Origin: Octopus vulgaris
Taxonomy: Eukaryota
DNA length: 64,000 nucleotides
Reading direction: 5' to 3'
Assembly (NCBI GenBank): GCA_951406725.2
Contig: OX597825.1
Coordinates: forward strand, 30,132,001-30,196,000
Shown here in pieces: positions 39,330 to 53,762 of this stretch. Made by a program: the position numbers and the translations under genes. Below the pieces are notes generated by a model. It saw only the letters and a program-made list of their open reading frames with translations. It ran no database searches and had not been told where the DNA came from. Positions within the stretch are counted from its first letter, which is position 1; the number at the start of each line of letters is the position of its first letter.

Positions 39330-39540
39330 GGCAATGAATTGGATGAATAATTAGCATAGCAGGCAAAAGCCTAGCAACATTTCGTTTCACTTTATGTCCT
39401 AAGTTTTCAAATTCCGTCAGGGTTGACTTTGCTTTCATCTTTGGGGGGTTGATAAAATAAATACCAGTTGAGTACTGGGGTTAGTATAATCACTAACCCT
39501 CTAACCCAAAACTGCTGGCCTTGTGCCAAAATTTGAAATC
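39330..39540 (+). mobile_element. SINE family B monomer, preceded by a family A 3' fragment (39198-39318)
   Basis: Homology to 23007 and 9760-9860. Confidence 0.75.
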
Positions 39541-39609
39541 AACATACATACATGCATACATACATACCATCATATATACATACATACATACATACATACA
39601 TAAATACAT

Positions 39610-40180
39610 GATCGCTGCCCCCTCGTTATCGAGTATGGCCATTGCATGAAGCTTAACTATTACTGGTGCTGTGATCGAATGTGACTTTTTAGCCCAGCTA
39701 AAGATCTACAATGTCTTGTACAGAATTGGCAGCTAAAACATTTACCAGCAATATCTGGCTGTAGCTGTAATTGGGCTTCATGTACCTTTGCATGTCATTT
39801 AAGTCCTCCTGTCGGATTACACTCCCTTCCACATGCCTGACAGATATGATTAGTATGTTGTGTTACACCACCAGTGGCCAGGTTGTCACTCATCTGTCTC
39901 GCTTTATGACTATGAAGATGACTCTTGAGTCCAGCTTTACTGAGGCAGTGTCTTGCACAGACACTGCATGTCAACATCATAGGAAGACCCTTCTCATTTG
40001 AAAGTGTAACAGCGATGCCCTTCCAGACATCCCTCCTTACTTTTTCATGTGCAACTCGAGATTTCTCAAAAGTAGCTGTCCCCACGTACACAATCCTTCT
40101 CCACCTGCTACAATCAATAGCTATGCCTTTCCATGTGTCAGGAGAGAGGCGAGCATCTCTTAAGGAAGCCTTCAGCAATA
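39610..40180 (-). mobile_element. RTE LINE 3' end with C2H2-like motif
   Basis: LKASLRDARLSPDTWKGIAIDCSRWRR...CSVCARHCLSKAGLKSH; inserted in (TACA)n. Confidence 0.85.
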
Positions 40181-41104
40181 TACATACATACAAACATATA
40201 TATACATACATAAATACATACATACATAAATACATACATACATACATACATACATACATACATCAATAGAGCAGATGTGAAAAGTGTAGAGAGAGAATGG
40301 ATGCATAGATGTTTATTCCTTTGGTTGACAGCTGTTTTGTAATCGGTGTGTTACATAAGTGACTCTACATCATTCATCACAAATATACAAATCAATATAT
40401 AATATATACACCTATAAATATATGAGTAACAGACTACTCTTCATAACATTTTATGCCAAGTCAAACCATCAGACTCTACTATAAACAGCAAATTGTTTCA
40501 TTATAGAATCACAGACAATGAATACATTTGGCAGATTTCACCCTTTACAAATACTAGAATTACCATATGTGGAATGCATTAATGAAGATGCAATGAAGAC
40601 AGTAGATAAATACAGATTCAGAAAAAGAATACAATAAACATCAAAACATAAAAGATACAATAAGAAAGAATAGGTTTATCATAAAGGTTTGCTTTCTAAA
40701 CTTTTGGCTGACCGTTCTGTAGTACTTCAGTGAATAAACCATGTGATAAAAAGATAGAGAATAAGATGAATAAAAGCATAAATAAACAAATATAATAGTA
40801 GAATGAAAAACATGGAGAAAATGAAGAAAAAGTTCAATAAGGGTTTACATGTCAGGAGAAAAGGCCAGATTTGTTGAAAGTAATGTATATGTTTTGGTAG
40901 CGGTATTTAGGGGTATAGCAAAGTGGCCTAAACTGTTGGAATTTCATGCACAGCTGATTTAGAAGGATGGAAATGTCATTCCAAAACCATTGATAGTGGA
41001 ACCAATATCTATACATGCATACATCTCATGTGAATATAATAGACACATTTATACACATACCTACACATTCACATGCTCATGTACGCACCCAATTTCACAC
41101 AAAG

Positions 41105-41516
41105 CGTAGGAGTAGCTGTGTGGTAAGTAGCTTGCTTATGAACCACATGGTTCCGGGTTCAGTCCCATTGTGTGGCACCTTGGGCAAGTGTCTTCTACTA
41201 TAGCCTCAGGCCGACCAAAGCCTTGTGAGTGGATTTGTTCGACGGAAACTGAAAGAAGCCCGTCGTATATATGTGTATATATATATGTATGTATATGTAT
41301 ATATGTGTATGTGTGTGTATATGTTTGTTCCCCTGCAACATCACTTGACAACCGATGCTGGTATGTTTACGTCCCCGTAACTTAGTGGTTCAGAAAAAAG
41401 AAAACAATAGAATAAGTACTAGGCTTACAAAGAATAAGTTCTGGGGTCGATTTGCTCAACTAAAAGGCAGTTCTCCAGCATGGCCACAGTCAAATGACTA
41501 GAACAAGTAAAAGAGT
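41105..41516 (+). mobile_element. SINE family A, full length
   Basis: Homologous to 9433-9880. Confidence 0.9.
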
Positions 41517-41535
41517 ATCAAAATTGTAATTTCCA

Positions 41536-41908
41536 CAGAGTGTTCAGACTAAATTGAAGAGTTTGCGTAAAAGGAAAAGAAAGAACATCCCATCCAAATA
41601 TAAAAGTAATTAAAAACTATTTAAATTTGTCTCCCAGTTATCTCCCAGCCATAATCTAAATTATGGCTGGGAGATAACGGTTTACTTAAAGTAGCTGTGA
41701 TTGGCTTTTACCTTGGTTTCATGACAGTTTTGGAACCTGGCACATGTGTTCCTCACTGTGTCTTTGTGAAGATCTTCAAGCACCTCCTTGATCTTGGTTA
41801 CCAGCTTGTCCTTGGTGTTGCAGACAGAGCATTGGTGTCTTTCTCAGCTGTGCCCCCAACAGAGCAATCTATGGGACTACAATTGAGAAAACTAGGTAAC
41901 CAGAAAAA
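41536..41908 (-). mobile_element. 3' end of a second DD37D-like Tc1/mariner element
   Basis: FWLPSFLNCSPIDCSVGGTAEKDTN, then frameshift to CNTKDKLVTKIKEVLEDLHKDTVRNTCARFQ; TIR-like cagagtgttcag at 41536. Confidence 0.7.
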
Positions 41909-42441
41909 TGGGGCTGGTGAAGGGCATCCAGTTAGGAAGGGCATCCAGCTGTAGAAACCTTGCCAGATCAGATTGGAGCCTGGTGCAGCCTCCTGGAATG
42001 CCAGTCCTCAGTCAAACTGACCCACCCATGCTAGCTTGGAAAATGGATGTTAAACAATGATGATGATATCTTGTGAAACAGCAAGACATCAGCGATACTG
42101 GCTCTTACAGTAAAATACTGATCTCCAAGCCACAACATTGACTGTAACACTATGGCACTAACTTTCACACCACAGCACACTTCTATACCACAACTGTGAG
42201 TGTGATATTCCAGCATGACTATCCTGACTGTAACACTACCACACATGCACATGCATACACAAACACTGTCACATTATCACAGTGACTACCTCACTGTTTG
42301 TGAAGCCACCTCACTGAATGATGCACTTCTACTGCACAGTCAGTCACACTACAATGCTAAAACTGTTACACCACCTTACTGTTTGTCATACAACTATTCT
42401 TATTGCTACACTTTGTCAATGAGTGTCACACTATCAAACTT

Positions 42442-42799
42442 CTTCTTCTTGTCTTGAGACAGGATTCACCCGGGGTGGGCTGAGCTGGCTTCATTTATCC
42501 GCAATGCTGTATCTCTCACAAACACCGACTAGACCTGGTGATTTGAGGCTAACGACTGCATGATCTCCAACCTCTCCTTATTCCAGCGGCAAACGCCATA
42601 GATATAGGGGCCTAGGTTGGGTTCCAAATCAGCCTTGACTGCCATCAGCCAGGTTTTTCGTTGTCCACCACATCGCTTTCGTCAACCCTGAAGAGGAGCT
42701 GGGACAATTGCTTCATAGATGAATTCTCCTGGTTGATGACGGAGGGCATGATCCAGCCAACGCAGACGTCTAATTAGGATGACTTGTCAGAGGGAAGTG
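42442..42799 (-). mobile_element. 5'-truncated RTE-clade LINE insertion
   Basis: RRLRWLDHALR...RKRCGGQRKTWL, (AAG)n tail, TSD acactatcaaactt at 42428-42441 and 42800-42813. Confidence 0.85.
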
Positions 42800-43926
42800 A
42801 CACTATCAAACTTACTGTTGTGACACTATCAAACTTACTGTTACTACATTATGCCATCACATTATTTGGGTACCCCTACTGTCACATACACATTGCAAAA
42901 GTAACTCGGACACTGGTTAGAATCATATCTCATTGACACAACTTAAACCTTCAGGAAATGCACTGAAGCACACCTTGGCTCGCAGCCCATTTCTTCACAT
43001 GGTTAATTTACATAGTTTCTTGATAGTAATTAAATTAGTTTTAAATTCAGTCACAGGACTTTGATATGACACAAACATCATTACTGTTTAAGTTATACAC
43101 GATAACAGCAGACATTCTTCTTATAGTTAGCTTCATACTTTGTAAAGAATTTAAGCCTCGCAGCTAAAACTAAAACCTAGATGCAATTGACATTGAACAA
43201 TGTGTCTAATCACAGACAATTTAGAATAAAAGAACCAATTAAACAATTACCCTAAGGATTCTTTATACCATAGCCAGTGTGCTTTCATTTCAGCCTAATA
43301 TTTCACAGACACTGAACAATCGTTAAGCACTTTTCATTTCAATAATGATAGTAATATCATGATGTTGATGTTGATGATGATGATGATGATGATGACATAA
43401 CGATATTGCTGATAATAATTTTTTGTTTTTTTTGTTTTATTTGTATTTGATTCCAGTCACTTGATGCACTTAATGATGAATTTTTATATATTATATATTG
43501 CATATATATATTTTTTTTCTTTTATCCTTCTCCATTTCAAATTATTATACATTTATTTGTTTTATAATTCTTATTAGGATATAATAGGAATCTCTTATCA
43601 TATCATTTCTGCCTCAAGTTCAATGAAAATATTCATTTGAAAATTTCAATTATCTTTCTATCATCCCACTTCACTGTTTGATTTATTCCTGTTTTTTTTA
43701 AAAAAAAAAAAAATTTTTTAATATTATTTTATTTCTTTACTTGTTTATTTATTTATTTATTTGGTTGTTTATTTCAGTATAGTTTTAATGTCTTGAAATG
43801 AATTTCAATTTGTGTGATGCTGTGCTGATCATCCCTGTAGGAATATAATTGTAGAAACATACCTCACACCACCACACATACACACACAACAACTTCATTC
43901 TCCCTCTACACACACACACCTAGATT

Positions 43927-44381
<455 letters not shown>

Positions 44382-44598
44382 AATAAGTATAATTTTATTG
44401 ACAGCAACTAACTTTGGTTTTGCTGGTTCTACAAAACTTTGAAGTTTAACATCAATAAAAATCATATTAAATATCAAACTCTACACATGGATTGAATCCT
44501 TTGTTCAATCAATGATAGGTGTTTTTTAATGTATATAAAAAGTTTTATATTAAGTATTTGGTATAGGTATATGTGTTTGTGTGGGTGTGTATGTATCG

Positions 44599-44629
<31 letters not shown>

Positions 44630-44740
44630 TTACATTTGTGTTCTGTGAGGAATGGAAGGGGTTCCAGGTGGGAAGGAAAGTAACTAATAATGCAAAGAAT
44701 AGGGTCAACGAGTAATATGAACTGATATTGCTCTCAAGTG

Positions 44741-45042
44741 TGGAGGCACATGGCCTAATGGATAGAGTAGTGGACTCGCGGTCGAGGGATCGCAGGTTCG
44801 AATCTCAGACCGGGTGATGTGTGTGTTTATGAGTGAAACACCTAAGTTCCACACAGCTCCGGTAGAAGGTAATGGCGAACTTCTGCTGACTCTTTCACCA
44901 CAACTTTCTCTCACTCTTTCCTCCTGCATCTCGCAGCTCACCTGCGATAGACCAGTGTCCCATCCAGGTGGGTAACCTATACACCAAGGAAACCGGGGAA
45001 ACCAGCCCTTATGAGCCAGGTGTGGCTCAAGAAGGAACATAC
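44741..45042 (+). mobile_element. SINE family E (tRNA-derived), full length
   Basis: Head tggaggcacatggcctaatgg...ggttcgaatc; 12-bp TSD tgctctcaagtg at 44729-44740 and 45043-45054. Confidence 0.9.
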
Positions 45043-45515
45043 TGCTCTCAAGTGATTGCAGCAGCTGAATAATGCTTTACATAGAGGTATGATGGAAAGA
45101 TGGATGTTAGGGAGGTGTTAGGGGAAAGAGACATAAGGAATGCTTGACTGAGCACAAAGTGTGTAGGGGTAAGGCCCAGTTTATATAAGCATAAACAAAA
45201 TTCTTTAAGACATCATTTTTTTAGCTGTGATGGATGGGTCTTATGGAGCACAGCAAATGGCCTTCGCTACTTCATCCCACCTCTTTCTGGGTCTTCTTCT
45301 TTCACATCTTTTATTCACTTTAAGTGACTGGCACTTCTTTATTCAGTTGTTCTCATCCATATACATCACATGATGCTTTGATGAAACTGTGGGGTGATGC
45401 ACAAGCATTCAGCTATGAGTGCACTGCATTTTAGAGAAGAAACAGCTGTAAGCTAAAGAATTTCATGATGCAATTTCTTTTTCCCTTGTCATATTAATTT
45501 CTTACACACACACAG

Positions 45516-45548
<33 letters not shown>

Positions 45549-45619
45549 TATATATTGTTATGTGATGAAAACTCACAGGTTATTTGATTAGGTATGATAG
45601 AAAGAGTCAGATGGCCACG

Positions 45620-46740
45620 ACCAACAGACTAAGGTGACACTTGTTTACTAGTCATGCTTCAAGAACCCTGCGAAGAAATCTTGCAGTTCCAAGCAATACT
45701 GATTTTTGTAGATGTTCTACCTTCTCACTTGCACCAATCTTTTGCAGCTATGTCAGTGGTTGAGTGCTGATACTTCCAAGTGTACCAATTACTATTGGTA
45801 TCACGTCTCTTCTCCTTTGTATTTCCCCCTTCAAAATCATCATAGTTGTTTATATTTTCTTCTTCTTTTTCTTTGTCACTGGGACATGCTATTTCTGTTG
45901 TCATTGGGACATGCTATGTCAATTATCATGCATGTTCTTTCTATTTCATTCATCACAACATCTGGTCAGGTGATTTCACTGAATCACTGTATTCAACATG
46001 ATTCTGAAATTCTCATTCTCAGTGACTCCTTCTGGGGTTTTCTCATACCATGTCCTTGTCCTTTATAGGCCATGATTTCCACAGATCTCCCTTTGGATTA
46101 TTCTTTCCACATTGTCATGTTGTCTTTTGCATTCTCATTGTGCCAATTTTGGACATTCACATATAATATGCCATTCCCTTTCACCCCTTTCACCCCTTTC
46201 ACCACACATTCTACATTTGTTGCTGTCAGTAGTGTTGTCTATCCTGCACTTCACATAGTTGATAATTAACGCTTTTTCTTCAGCTAAACACATGAGTGTT
46301 TCTGTCTGTATCTTCAGGTCACTTCTCCTCATCCATAACTACCGGTTTTCTTGATCTGTCTTGGCATTTGTATCTCTTGCAAACTGTCCATACATTTTTT
46401 CCTTACATGCTTTTTCTTTCTTTTTTTTTTTTGTTCATTTCTTGTTTAGATTTTTCTTTCATTACACAGTTCTCAGTTTTGATGTCACCAGCCTTCTTTG
46501 CCTGTTTTAACAATGGCTCTACAGCATTTTTTTGCATACGACCCTAAGCTGTTTTCCTCAGTTTAGATACAATCCTGGCAAATGATGAAACCTCTCCCAC
46601 CATTTCTTCTGGACAAGTACAGCCTATTGGTGTCATTCTTAGAGTGGAAGCTTTCATGTACTGTAAACATTTTTCTTGTCTTCGTATCCATTTTCATTAG
46701 TTCTTTCTTTTGCCATTTTGTAATTCCAGCCCTATACCGA
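45620..46740 (-). mobile_element. R4/Dong-like LINE 3' part (CCHC knuckle plus RLE), decayed
   Basis: DLKIQTETLMCLAEEKAL...KCRMCGERGE...HIICECPKLAQ; RPDVVM further 3'. Confidence 0.82.
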
Positions 46741-46764
46741 AATTATTATCATCATTATTATCAT

Positions 46765-47282
46765 TGAGTGAGAGAGCGCAGTGCATGCCACCAAAGTGGC
46801 ACTGGTGTAAAATATACGAAGCCCAGTATACCCATCATGACTACCCATCTAATAAGGGTACACCAGATACATGCATCACAACCCTATGTGCATGACATGG
46901 TGATCTCATATCAAGATAAACAGAACATAACCTTGCAGGTGGGGGCCTAGTTAGAATTTTCTTCAGGTTGAGTAACCCATCCTGCTCAAAAGGTCCTTGA
47001 ATAAGGGTTGTTTAAGGATGTTGAATGACACACTCATGTTTCCTAAGGTGAATCCTCCAAACCCCAAAGAATCCTTCTCAACACATGGCTATGATGCTCC
47101 CCTACTACTTCAGCTCATGATCATAAATGCACATATTGTCAGTCACTAAGGGATATGCTCAGCTAGTTATGGTCAAGCAACTGACAAGCAAATCTGTGGT
47201 ATTGAGCAGAATATTTACTGTATCCCATCTATTATACCAAGACAAAACAATGTATGTGAAAACACTTCCAGTCAGTTAAGAT
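46765..47282 (+). mobile_element. Interspersed repeat family Z
   Basis: Inverse homology to 28512-28890; bounded by (CAT/ATT)n. Confidence 0.75.
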
Positions 47283-47981
47283 CATCATCATCATCATCTA
47301 TTTAAAGCGGTTTGATTCAGGCCCCATGCAATTTTCAGTTTTGTAGGCTTCTTACAGTAACCTAGCTCATCAGGATCATGTAGCTGAGTGGAGAGGTGCA
47401 GGAAGTCCCAAATGGCTACTGGAAACCAGGCCATGTATATGTGTGTGTGTGTATGTGCGTGTATGTGTGTTGTGTTTGTGCATGTGTGCATGTGTGTGTC
47501 CCCCCTTGTCCTGATATTGCAGGATAGTCATAAGCAAGGTTCATTGTAATACAGAGACCCTCATTTAAAATCTTCCATGAAAATATGTCAAACCATAGAC
47601 CAATGATAACTTACTTGCAGACAAGTGAGGATTGGTCACAAGAATTACATGAAGCCATAGAAAATCTGCTACAACAAATTTTGTCAGATCTATGCAGTCA
47701 GCATCATGTTAAAAAAGATAATGATGATAATGTCAGCGATGATACTTATACGTAATGGACTTCCTGAGAGAATAACGTTTTCTTCATGTAAAAACAGAAT
47801 TTGACATCAATAGAATTGATTGAATATTACAGAGTTGTGATATTTTTACACTTTTACATGTTTTAAGAATTAAATTATAGTCATCAGTCAACTTTAACTG
47901 GATATAAAATAAGTGTATATGAATTTCATCATTGGGAGCCCATCTGAAGCATTTTAATAGGTGCAGATATGGCTGTATGTG

Positions 47982-48745
47982 AAGGAGCATGGCTCACCGG
48001 TTACAGCATTGGACTCACAATGAAGAGGTTATGAATTTGATTCTCAGACCAGGCTATGTGTTGTGTCCTTGAGCAAGACACTTTACTTCACATTGTTCCA
48101 GTTCATTCAGCTATAGAAATGAGTTGCAACGTCACTGGTGCCAAGGTGTGTCAATCTCTGCCTTTCCCTTGGATAATAACATTGGTGACATGGAGAGGGG
48201 AGACTGGTATGCATGGGTGACTGATTGGTCTTCCATAAACATCCTTGCCTGGACATGTGCCTCGGAGGGGAACCTCTCAGGTGCAATCCCATGGTCATTC
48301 ATAACCTAAAGGGGGTCTTTACCTTTACCTTTTATGGCTGTATGGTAAGACGTTTGCTTCCCAACCATGAGGTTTGGGGTTCAGTCCTACTGCATGACAC
48401 ATTGGGCAAGTGTCTTCCACTATAGCTCCAAGGTGATTAAAGCTTTGTGAGTGAATTTGGTAAACAGAAACTGATAAAAGCTTTTTGTATATGTGTGTGT
48501 ATATGTGTGTGTGTGCATCTTCTTGCCTTGACATCATGCAATAGTTGTAAATGAGTGTCACTGTCATGCATGAGGTGTCCATAATTTCAGTCTTCCATGA
48601 AAATATGTCTAGCCATTAGCTTACTTGTAAACAGGTAAGGGTTGGACACAGGAATGGTCATAGAAAATCTGTTTCAATAAATCCCCTCCAACCCATGTAG
48701 GCATGGAAAAGTGGATGTTAAAACAATGATGATGATGATGATGAT
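47982..48745 (+). mobile_element. SINE D (47982-48331) followed directly by an A-like SINE with (GAT)n tail
   Basis: Homology to 4107-4445 and to the family A head. Confidence 0.8.
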
Positions 48746-49169
48746 CTATGCTATTCTTCATGATCATTTTTCACATTGGCAAAAGGTCGCAGATCTTGGT
48801 GTCATTTAAATTGTCCTTAGTATGCAGTATATGGCATCCGTTGATCAGTATTGACCATATAACTGCACCTGCATGTGCACAGAAAGGAGCCTATACAGAG
48901 TCACTGAATCTACTAGAAACAACAGTTAAATCCCCCTAAAATCAAATTTTGTGATCATAGAAACCAATGATATGCAATGGATAATGTAGTCCTAAGTAGT
49001 GCACCGTATCAGGAAAAGGAAGGGATGGCATAGCTGGAATGCCTTTGATCATGGGTCTTCATACTAATGGTTAACCTAGGATGAAACAAAAATAACAATT
49101 AAAAAGAAATTAATTTAAATATCAATTTCTTACAAGGAGGCACGAATCATGCTTTCAAATGCATCTATG

Positions 49170-49740
49170 TATTCAAAACGCAAACAGCATCATGATGAAT
49201 GAAAAGAAATAGGAAGATGTCAACAGCTTTGTATACTTAGGAGCCTTTGTCTCTATTATTACAGGTGGTACCATGGATCTGGATAACTTACTCGACAAAG
49301 CCCAGGCCATGTTCAGATCATCCGTAACTGCAAAAGCAATAACTTTGGTAAAGATGGTTCTGACATATGGCTCCCTTGAAAAATAACAAAAGCTGACAGC
49401 AAGAGAGGGAGATTCTTAAGGTATGGGGCTAGATTACACAAATAATGAAACCATGCTCAAGAGAGGTGGAGTGAAGGGGATGAACAATGAAGGACAGAGA
49501 AGGAGGTGGAAATATATTGGCCACATCCAAAACAAAGATCCTAACAACAACATATGGTTGCCATGAAAGGGGTCCTTGAAGCAAGGAGTAAGATTGGAAG
49601 ACTGAAGAACATCTGGAGAAGAATTGTTGGAAAAGAGAAACAGGCCAGTAGATGTGGAATGTGGAATCAAGTGTGAATGACAGAGAGAGAGAGCATGAAA
49701 GCTTTATATGCAACCTGGCATGAAGTAAAAAGAAGAATGT
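49170..49740 (+). mobile_element. Decayed RTE LINE fragment
   Basis: EDVNSFVYLG and RRRWKYIGHI remnants. Confidence 0.65.
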
Positions 49741-51036
49741 ATTCAAAGGGATAAAAGTTCAGGGTATTACTGGTACCTATTTTATCAACTCCAGGAAAAT
49801 GAAACTGAAAAGTTTAACTGGAGATGGATTTGAAATCAATATTGAGAAAAATGAAACTAAATGAGATAATATAGTTATTCTGGTGTGTTTCTATCTGTTT
49901 CCAGAAATGTTCCATCAACCATCATTGAATTGCATTAACAGTAAATGATGTGAATATTAGTTAGACATTTTAGCTCATCACACTGGCAACACAAAAGAAC
50001 GAACACAAAATGAAATACAACTATCTTATTGAATAAAGAGATCCTTCACTATTTTATTGAATAAACTTGGTTTTCATAAAGTCTTGTGATTTATTTTCTT
50101 GAAATATAATAAATATTGAATCAGTAGGGGGGAAAATATCTAAGTTTTCTGCCATAAAAGTCTAAAAGAAACTAATAAGTTTTCTGCCTTCTTACATCTA
50201 AATTGTTATTTTTCATTCTAAATTTAATATATTAAATTTGAAGCTTTTCAATAAAGGAATCAAATATGTTAAAGTCAAAATTTCTAATAAAAGCAGATTT
50301 AAACATATATTTCCTGAAATGATAAACTTAATACTTCTTGAAAATTTCAGGAGAGAAGGAAGAAGAGATATAAATCAATATTTAAAACATATTTAAACAC
50401 ATTTCATCATAAAACTAATAGTTAAATATACATTTTTTTGTTGTTTTGTTTTTTTTTGTTTGTTTTTGGTGGGATGGGGGTGTGTGCAATCTTTCTTCAA
50501 TTTAACTTTGATATCAGAAAATGATCAATTATTTTATTATTATTATTGAGCAATATTTTTGAAAATAACCAGTTGCAGAGCTGAGTCGTTATACGCTCAG
50601 ACAGTTCTATTCCTTGGTATTCTGTTAGGTCCTGTAGTAAAGAATTTTATTAGTGCCTCAGAATTGGTAGTCTTGTAAGCTGCATGGTGACTTCAATATT
50701 GCCATGGAAAAGGTGCCCAGTACATGCTGTAAATTGGTTGGTGTTAGGAAAGATATCCAGCCATAAGAAACCATGCCAAAACAGAAACTGAGGCACCATG
50801 CAGTCCTGGAACTCATTGGTTCTTGCCAAACCGTCCAACCCATACCAGTTTGCAACATGGTCATTAAATTATGACCATGATGATGATTAACATGAGAAGG
50901 TTTAATCACTAATATTAGATTCACAATTATAATCATCCTTGTAATTGCTATAAACATCATCATCATTGCAGTCATCGTTGTTGTCATCACCATCAACAAC
51001 ATTATTTTAACATCTAGTTTTCCATGTAGACAAATA

Positions 51037-51385
51037 GGCATTGGAGTGGCTGTGTGGTAAGTAGCTTGCTTACCAACCACATGGTTCTGGGTTCAGTCCC
51101 ACGGTGTGGCATCTTGGGTAAGTGTCTTTTGGTATAGCTTTGGGCCGACAAAAGCCTTGTGAGTGGATTTGGTCGACGGAAACTGAAAGAAGCCTGTCAT
51201 ATATATGTATATATATATGTATGTGTGTGTGTATATGTTTGTGTGTCTGTGTTTGTCCCCCACAACATCGTTTGACAACCAATGCTGGTGTGTTTACGTC
51301 CCCATAACTTAGCGGTTCAGCAAAAGAGACCGATTGAGTAAGTACTAGGCTTACAAAGAATAAGTCCTGGGGTCGATTTACTGAC
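51037..51385 (+). mobile_element. SINE family A, 3'-truncated
   Basis: Homologous to 9433-9880. Confidence 0.88.
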
Positions 51386-51402
51386 AAGCACACACATACA
51401 CA

Positions 51403-51476
<74 letters not shown>

Positions 51477-53287
51477 TACATATAATGGGGTTCTTTCACT
51501 TTCTGTCCACGAATTCCACTCTCAGTATTTTGGTTGGCCAAGGACAGCAATTCAATGCCAATCAGAGGTACCAAACCTAAAATCACATGATTCCAAAGTA
51601 AAATTCGTTACCATACAGCTATGCTCTACCTATATGATTACAGTTCTAAATATAAGCTTCACCAATCTCTCTGATATTAAATACATCACATGCAAGCATT
51701 CACCCTTTTTAGTGTATATCATATCTGACTATAATGAATTTCACAATAAAAATTTTCTAGTTTCTTTTATGTCTTTCAGTATCAGCCAAGTGTTTCAGAG
51801 TTTTAAAACACAAGCATTAAATAACATTTTCACACAGTTTTAACAATCAGGAGATTGGTTTGTTTAATATATTAGAATAAAAGTTTCTAACTGTAATTTA
51901 CATGAAACAACAAAAAACAAAAACATTTGGCCAACACACACACGCATACACACAAATACATACATACATATACATATATATGTATATATATCATACATGT
52001 GAGTGTGTGTGCGTGTGTGTGTATCCATATATATATTTGTATGTACGCATGCAAGGCATGTATATGTATGTATATCTACTTTAGCTTTCTATGCATTATA
52101 TGCTTTATATTCTAAACTAAAAATATATTTTCAAGAGATAAAAATAATGAAAACAATTTAAATGCCTGAGTTTTCTCTTGAAATAACTTTGACATCAATG
52201 TAAACAACTTGCTTCCAATGAGTTCAAAATAATTCTATATAAATAAAAGAAACAAAAAAGAAAATTTAAACTCGGGACTTTAATTAGAGGGAAGGTATTG
52301 GAGTAATGAAAATTTCATTAAAATTCAAAATGGTTCCATAAAATCTTTGAAAATATTGACAGTAAAGCAATCATTAAGCTAAGATAACCAAAAAATTAAG
52401 GCTGTATGAATCCATAAACCAGCTCGCAAAGAGAAATATTTCCATTGGAAATATAAGCATTAGCTTAATAAGTTTTCCGATTAAAAATACTTCAATAAGA
52501 AGAGTCAAGCAAAAATATTACGATAATGAATCACAATTTTTGGCAATGATTCTCAAAGAATTAAGACTGATTTACTTTTCAAAAGTCCTTGTGTTTATAG
52601 CCAAAGTAAATGATGTTTAGATTTTGCTTCTTTACATCTTTATTTGAGGTAAATTAGGGCATGAATAAACAAGGGTTGTATTGAAAATGTGCCAGATTTC
52701 TAGCGTATTATTTGAACTCTTATACATATATCATGGTATCGAAGCTTTATAAATGCAGCCAAGTATTAATTGGTGAATGTGATGTGATGGTGGATGCAAA
52801 ATCTTGTTTATATGTATCTATGAGTATGTATGTGTTCATTCATTCATGTATATGCTTGTTTTCCCTGCTAGCATGGGTTAGACAAAAATACTATTCAGAC
52901 ATTGTTTTAGATCTGGAAGCCCCTTCTGTTATTTGACTATCCTTGGCTGCTTATTTTTCAAATAAATGATCACTTACTCCAGACATCTTTGAAGATATAA
53001 AGCCAGCTTTTGTTGATAAGGAAATAACATCACCAATTGTAGCTCAGAGAATTCTGGAGACACTCGTTTGTTGATGCACAGACACACATATACATGTATG
53101 CATTTGTGTTTGTGTGTGTGTGTGTGTTTGTATGTGTTAGCATATATATATATATATATATATATACATACACACACATACATATGTATACATATACAAA
53201 TATACATACATACATATATATAAATACATACATATACATATGTCTATATACATGCACACACACATACATATATATATAAACATATAC

Positions 53288-53330
<43 letters not shown>

Positions 53331-53331
<1 letters not shown>

Positions 53332-53762
53332 TGGCAGGGCTGGCCTGCTAGGTAGCTGGCCAGAATGCTAGAAGAAGATCATCAACGATCAAACTACAAG
53401 GGAAATTCTCTAGAGGAAGAATTCAGCGAACACCAGAACCAACTTTGGCGGGCAGGACATATGAAAAATTAAATAAAAAACAGACTTAAATGCATACCTC
53501 GGTTTCGGTCTTAACAAAAGAATTACTTGCATAATTCAAGTGTCCGTGACTTCATCAGTACATTTGGTCCTCGAGATGCAAACCGCAAGACTAACCCCAG
53601 CTCTCTGTGTCAAGACAGACACGTGCTTAGTCTTACTGATTACATCGGGAATAAAATTTCAAATGTCTTGGTTCTGGCGCGCTAAGAGACTCCTGAAGCG
53701 AAGGGCTGCAGTGAATAATTCACTGCGGGTAGTGCTTACAACTAGGGAACGTATTTATTTAA
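53331..53762 (-). mobile_element. ~430-bp non-coding element in (TA)n carrying a hammerhead ribozyme (Penelope pLTR/retrozyme-like)
   Basis: GC-richer block with sharp edges between two (TA)n tracts; contains the hammerhead and hairpin gcagtgaat-a-attcactgc (53708-53726). Confidence 0.65.
53488..53565 (-). ncRNA. Type I hammerhead ribozyme
   Basis: Minus strand reads AAAUGUA-CUGAUGA-AGUC[extended stem II]GACC-GAAA-CC-GA-GG-UA-UGCAUUU. Stem I has 7 bp, the catalytic core is intact, the cleavage triplet is GUA, and stem III is short and near-palindromic. Confidence 0.8.

Noticed and set aside
47750-47897. Minus-strand exon candidate after a good acceptor (LKLTDDYNLILKTCKS...)
   Set aside because: All frames hit stops before a credible donor.
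52978-53053. Minus-strand exon candidate ending at a gtaagt donor
   Set aside because: Weak acceptor and a context that looks like a decayed interspersed repeat.
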